Assembly (NCBI GenBank): GCA_014905635.1
Contig: JABVCE010000025.1
Span: 248,001 to 312,000, forward strand
Source: Scenedesmus sp. PABB004
Taxonomy: Eukaryota
Reading direction: 5' to 3'
DNA length: 64,000 nucleotides
The notes beneath the pieces are model-generated. The model was not told where the DNA came from. It saw only the letters and a program-made list of their open reading frames with translations, and ran no database searches. Below are positions 61,716 through 64,000 of this stretch, piece after piece. Every line of letters starts with the position of its first letter. The stretch's first letter is position 1. Position numbers and translations under genes: made by a program.

Positions 61716-64000
61716 TCACCGCCTGCTGCCGGCGCCGCCGTCGGCGGCGCCGCCGCGCGACAGCTCTGCCGCCAGCCCCGCCGCCGCGTCGGCAACCTGC
61801 TGCAGCCAGCTCGCTGCGACGCTCAGGCGCTGCTCGTTGGTGGGCTGGCGGTAGAGGTAGGCCGCCCGGCGCAGCAGCTGCGCGAGCGGGCCCTCCAGCG
61901 TCACGCCCGCGCCGCCGCCGTCGCCGCCGGGCTCGCCCAGGCGCAGCCCCGCCGCGGCGAGCAGCGGCCCCAGCGGGCTGCCCGCGATGCTCGCGCCCAG
62001 CTCGCCCGGCAGCGCCACGGGCAGCGCGACCGCGGCGTTGGCCGCGCCGAGGGACATCATGTCACCCAGGTGCTGGTACCTGCGCGCAGGGCGGCGCGCG
62101 GCGCGGCGCGCGGGGCGCAGGCGTGTGGGCGCACGCGTGTGCGAGCGGCGTGCGCGCGCGAGAGAGAGAGAGAGAGAGAGGGAGGGAGGGAGGGAAGGAG
62201 GGAGAGAGAGAAAAGCCAGAGCCTGGCGCGCGCCGCGCCGCGCCGCGCCGTGCGTCGCGTCGCGTCGCACCGGAACGGCAGCAGCGGGCGGCCGTTGATG
62301 GCGGCCCACACGTTCCAGGCGGCGTAGTCGGCCTGCTGGAACGCGACCTGCGCCGTGGCGGGGTAGAAGCCACCGCCGCCGCCGTCGCTCGCTGCCGTGT
62401 CGGGCCGGGCGACGTCGCCGAGCGCAAACACGGCCGCGTGGCCGGGCACGCGCAGCGTCGCGTCGGCCGCGAGCTGCCCCCGCGCATCGAGCGGCAGCGG
62501 GCCGAGCGGCGCCGACGCGGCGCGCGACCCCGCGGTCCACAGCACCAGGTCCGCCGCGAGCGCGGCGTCATCGCTGCCCGCCTCGAACGCCGCGGCCGGC
62601 TGCAGCCGCAGCGTGAAGCTCGGCTCGGCCTCCTGGGGCGGCGCCGCCGCCGACGCCGCGCCGGCCGCGGCCGCGGCGAGCACGGCGTCGTCGCCGGCGG
62701 GGCGCCCCGGTGCGGGCGGCTCGACCACCAGGGGCTCCACCACGAGCGGCGCCTGCTCGACAGCGGTGACCTTGGTGCCCGTCATCATCTCCACGCCCAG
62801 CTCGCGCAGCGCCTGCGCGGTGGGGAGCGGGGCGAGCGTGCCAACGGCGCGGCGGCCGGCGGTCGGCGGCGGCTGGCGCGCGGCGGCGGCCGGCCCGCGC
62901 CGGTCCGGTCCGGTCACCTGCGCCGCCGCCTCGCGCTGCCCCGGCGGCGCGGCGTCGAGGATGCCCGCGCCCGGCGTGAGCAGCACCACGCGCGCCGCGC
63001 CGCGCAGCCGCTCCGCAACAACCGCGGCGAGCTCCACGCCCGCGTAGCCCGCGCCCACGACCGCGACGGTCGCCGGCGGCCGCCCCGCCGCGGCGCGGGC
63101 CTCAAAGCGCGCGAGCGCGCCCGCGACGTGCTCCGCGTCCTCCAGCCCCACAAACGGCCGCGCGTGCTCGCGTACGCCCGGCACGCCGCGCGGGTCGGCC
63201 GCCGCGCCGAGCGCACATACCAGGTAGTCGTACGGCAGGCTGCCGCCCGACGCGAGGCGCACGCGCCCGCCGCCCGCGCTGCCGCCGCCCGCGAGCGGCC
63301 GCTCCGGCAGCACCTCCAGCACCTTGTCCTGCGCGGCGGCGACGCGCGGCGGCGGTGCGCGGTCGCGGCGGGCGGCGCCGCGCGCCGGCGCGCCCTCCCG
63401 GCCGCCCGCGCCGCCGCGCCGCGCCGCCCGCCGGGCCCGCGCCGCCGCGGCCGCCGCGAGTTCGCCGGGGCGCGCCTGCACAAAGGTGATGGTGTAGGGC
63501 GCGAGCAGCTGCGCAAACGTGGGCGCGACCTCCCACGCGTCGGCGGTGCCGTTGAGCAGCTCGTAGAGCAGCGGCTTGAACACAAAGCGCTCGCCCTGGT
63601 CCACCAGCGTGATCTGGAGCGCACGCAGCACGCCCACAGGCCGCGGCGGGCGCAGGGGCCGTCGGCGCCGGCGCGCGGGCGGCGCGGGCGGCGCGGGCGG
63701 CGCGGCGCCCACGCCAACCCACCCTGGGCTTCTTGCCGTTGGGCCACATGAGCAGCTCGAGCTTGATGGCCGTGTAGAGCCCGCCAAAGCCGCCGCCCAG
63801 CACGCACACGCGCGGCCGGCCGTCGTCGGCGGCGTCCGCGGGCGCCGCCGCGCCTGCGGCGGCGGGGCGGCGCGGTGGGCGCGGCGCCGAGCGCCGCAGC
63901 GGGGCCCCGGCGGGCCGGCTGGGGCGGCGGTCACCTGCTGCAGAGGCGTCCGCGGCGGCCGGCGCGGCGGCGTGCAGCTGCTGCAGGCGGCCTGTGTGCC
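61716..64000 (-). CDS. NDC1: Type II NAD(P)H dehydrogenase C1 (NDC1-like); 5' end lies off the right edge
   Basis: VCVLGGGFGGLYTAIKLELLMWP, ITLVDQGERFVFKPLLYELL, VVGAGYAGVELA, VFALGD, PATAQVAFQQADYAAWNVWA, YQHLGDMMSLG, RRAAYLYRQPT. Confidence 0.92.

Noticed and set aside
245..63934. Hundreds of long overlapping six-frame ORFs (e.g. 973, 908, 871 and 928 aa)
   Set aside because: Arg/Ala/Pro/Gly-rich shadows caused by stop-codon scarcity at very high GC; real genes are recovered only by splicing.

Overview
Eukaryotic nuclear DNA, very GC-rich (about 75-80% by eye), gene-dense and intron-rich. It looks like a chlorophyte green alga, on the basis of plant-type RR-TZF, DEP1 and NDC1 genes, plastid transit peptides and ~90-200 nt introns; the species cannot be fixed from sequence alone. 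Most long six-frame ORFs are GC artefacts, so genes were rebuilt by hand by joining exons. About 21 protein-coding genes: MAT1, two tandem-CCCH proteins, ALG6, DJ-1/Hsp31, RlmN-like methyltransferase, a Sec16-motif low-complexity protein, an Ldh_2-family reductase fused to cystathionine beta-lyase, OSBP, a PAN/Cys-rich secreted protein, a BMI1/DRIP-like RING protein, UBC7, hnRNP F/H, a double-retropepsin protease, prolyl oligopeptidase, DTD, an inverted pair of membrane proteins, CDC50, DEP1, plastid dihydrolipoyl dehydrogenase and NDC1. Highlights: (1) the in-exon Ldh_2::cystathionine beta-lyase fusion; (2) an inversion with inverted duplications at both breakpoints (335-6462); (3) a ~7 kb inverted repeat holding two divergent genes with near-identical arms, an SPL-like core and no SBP domain; (4) very frequent GC-AG introns. 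No rRNA, tRNA, CRISPR array or transposase was recognised. All family calls rest on recognised motifs, not database searches.
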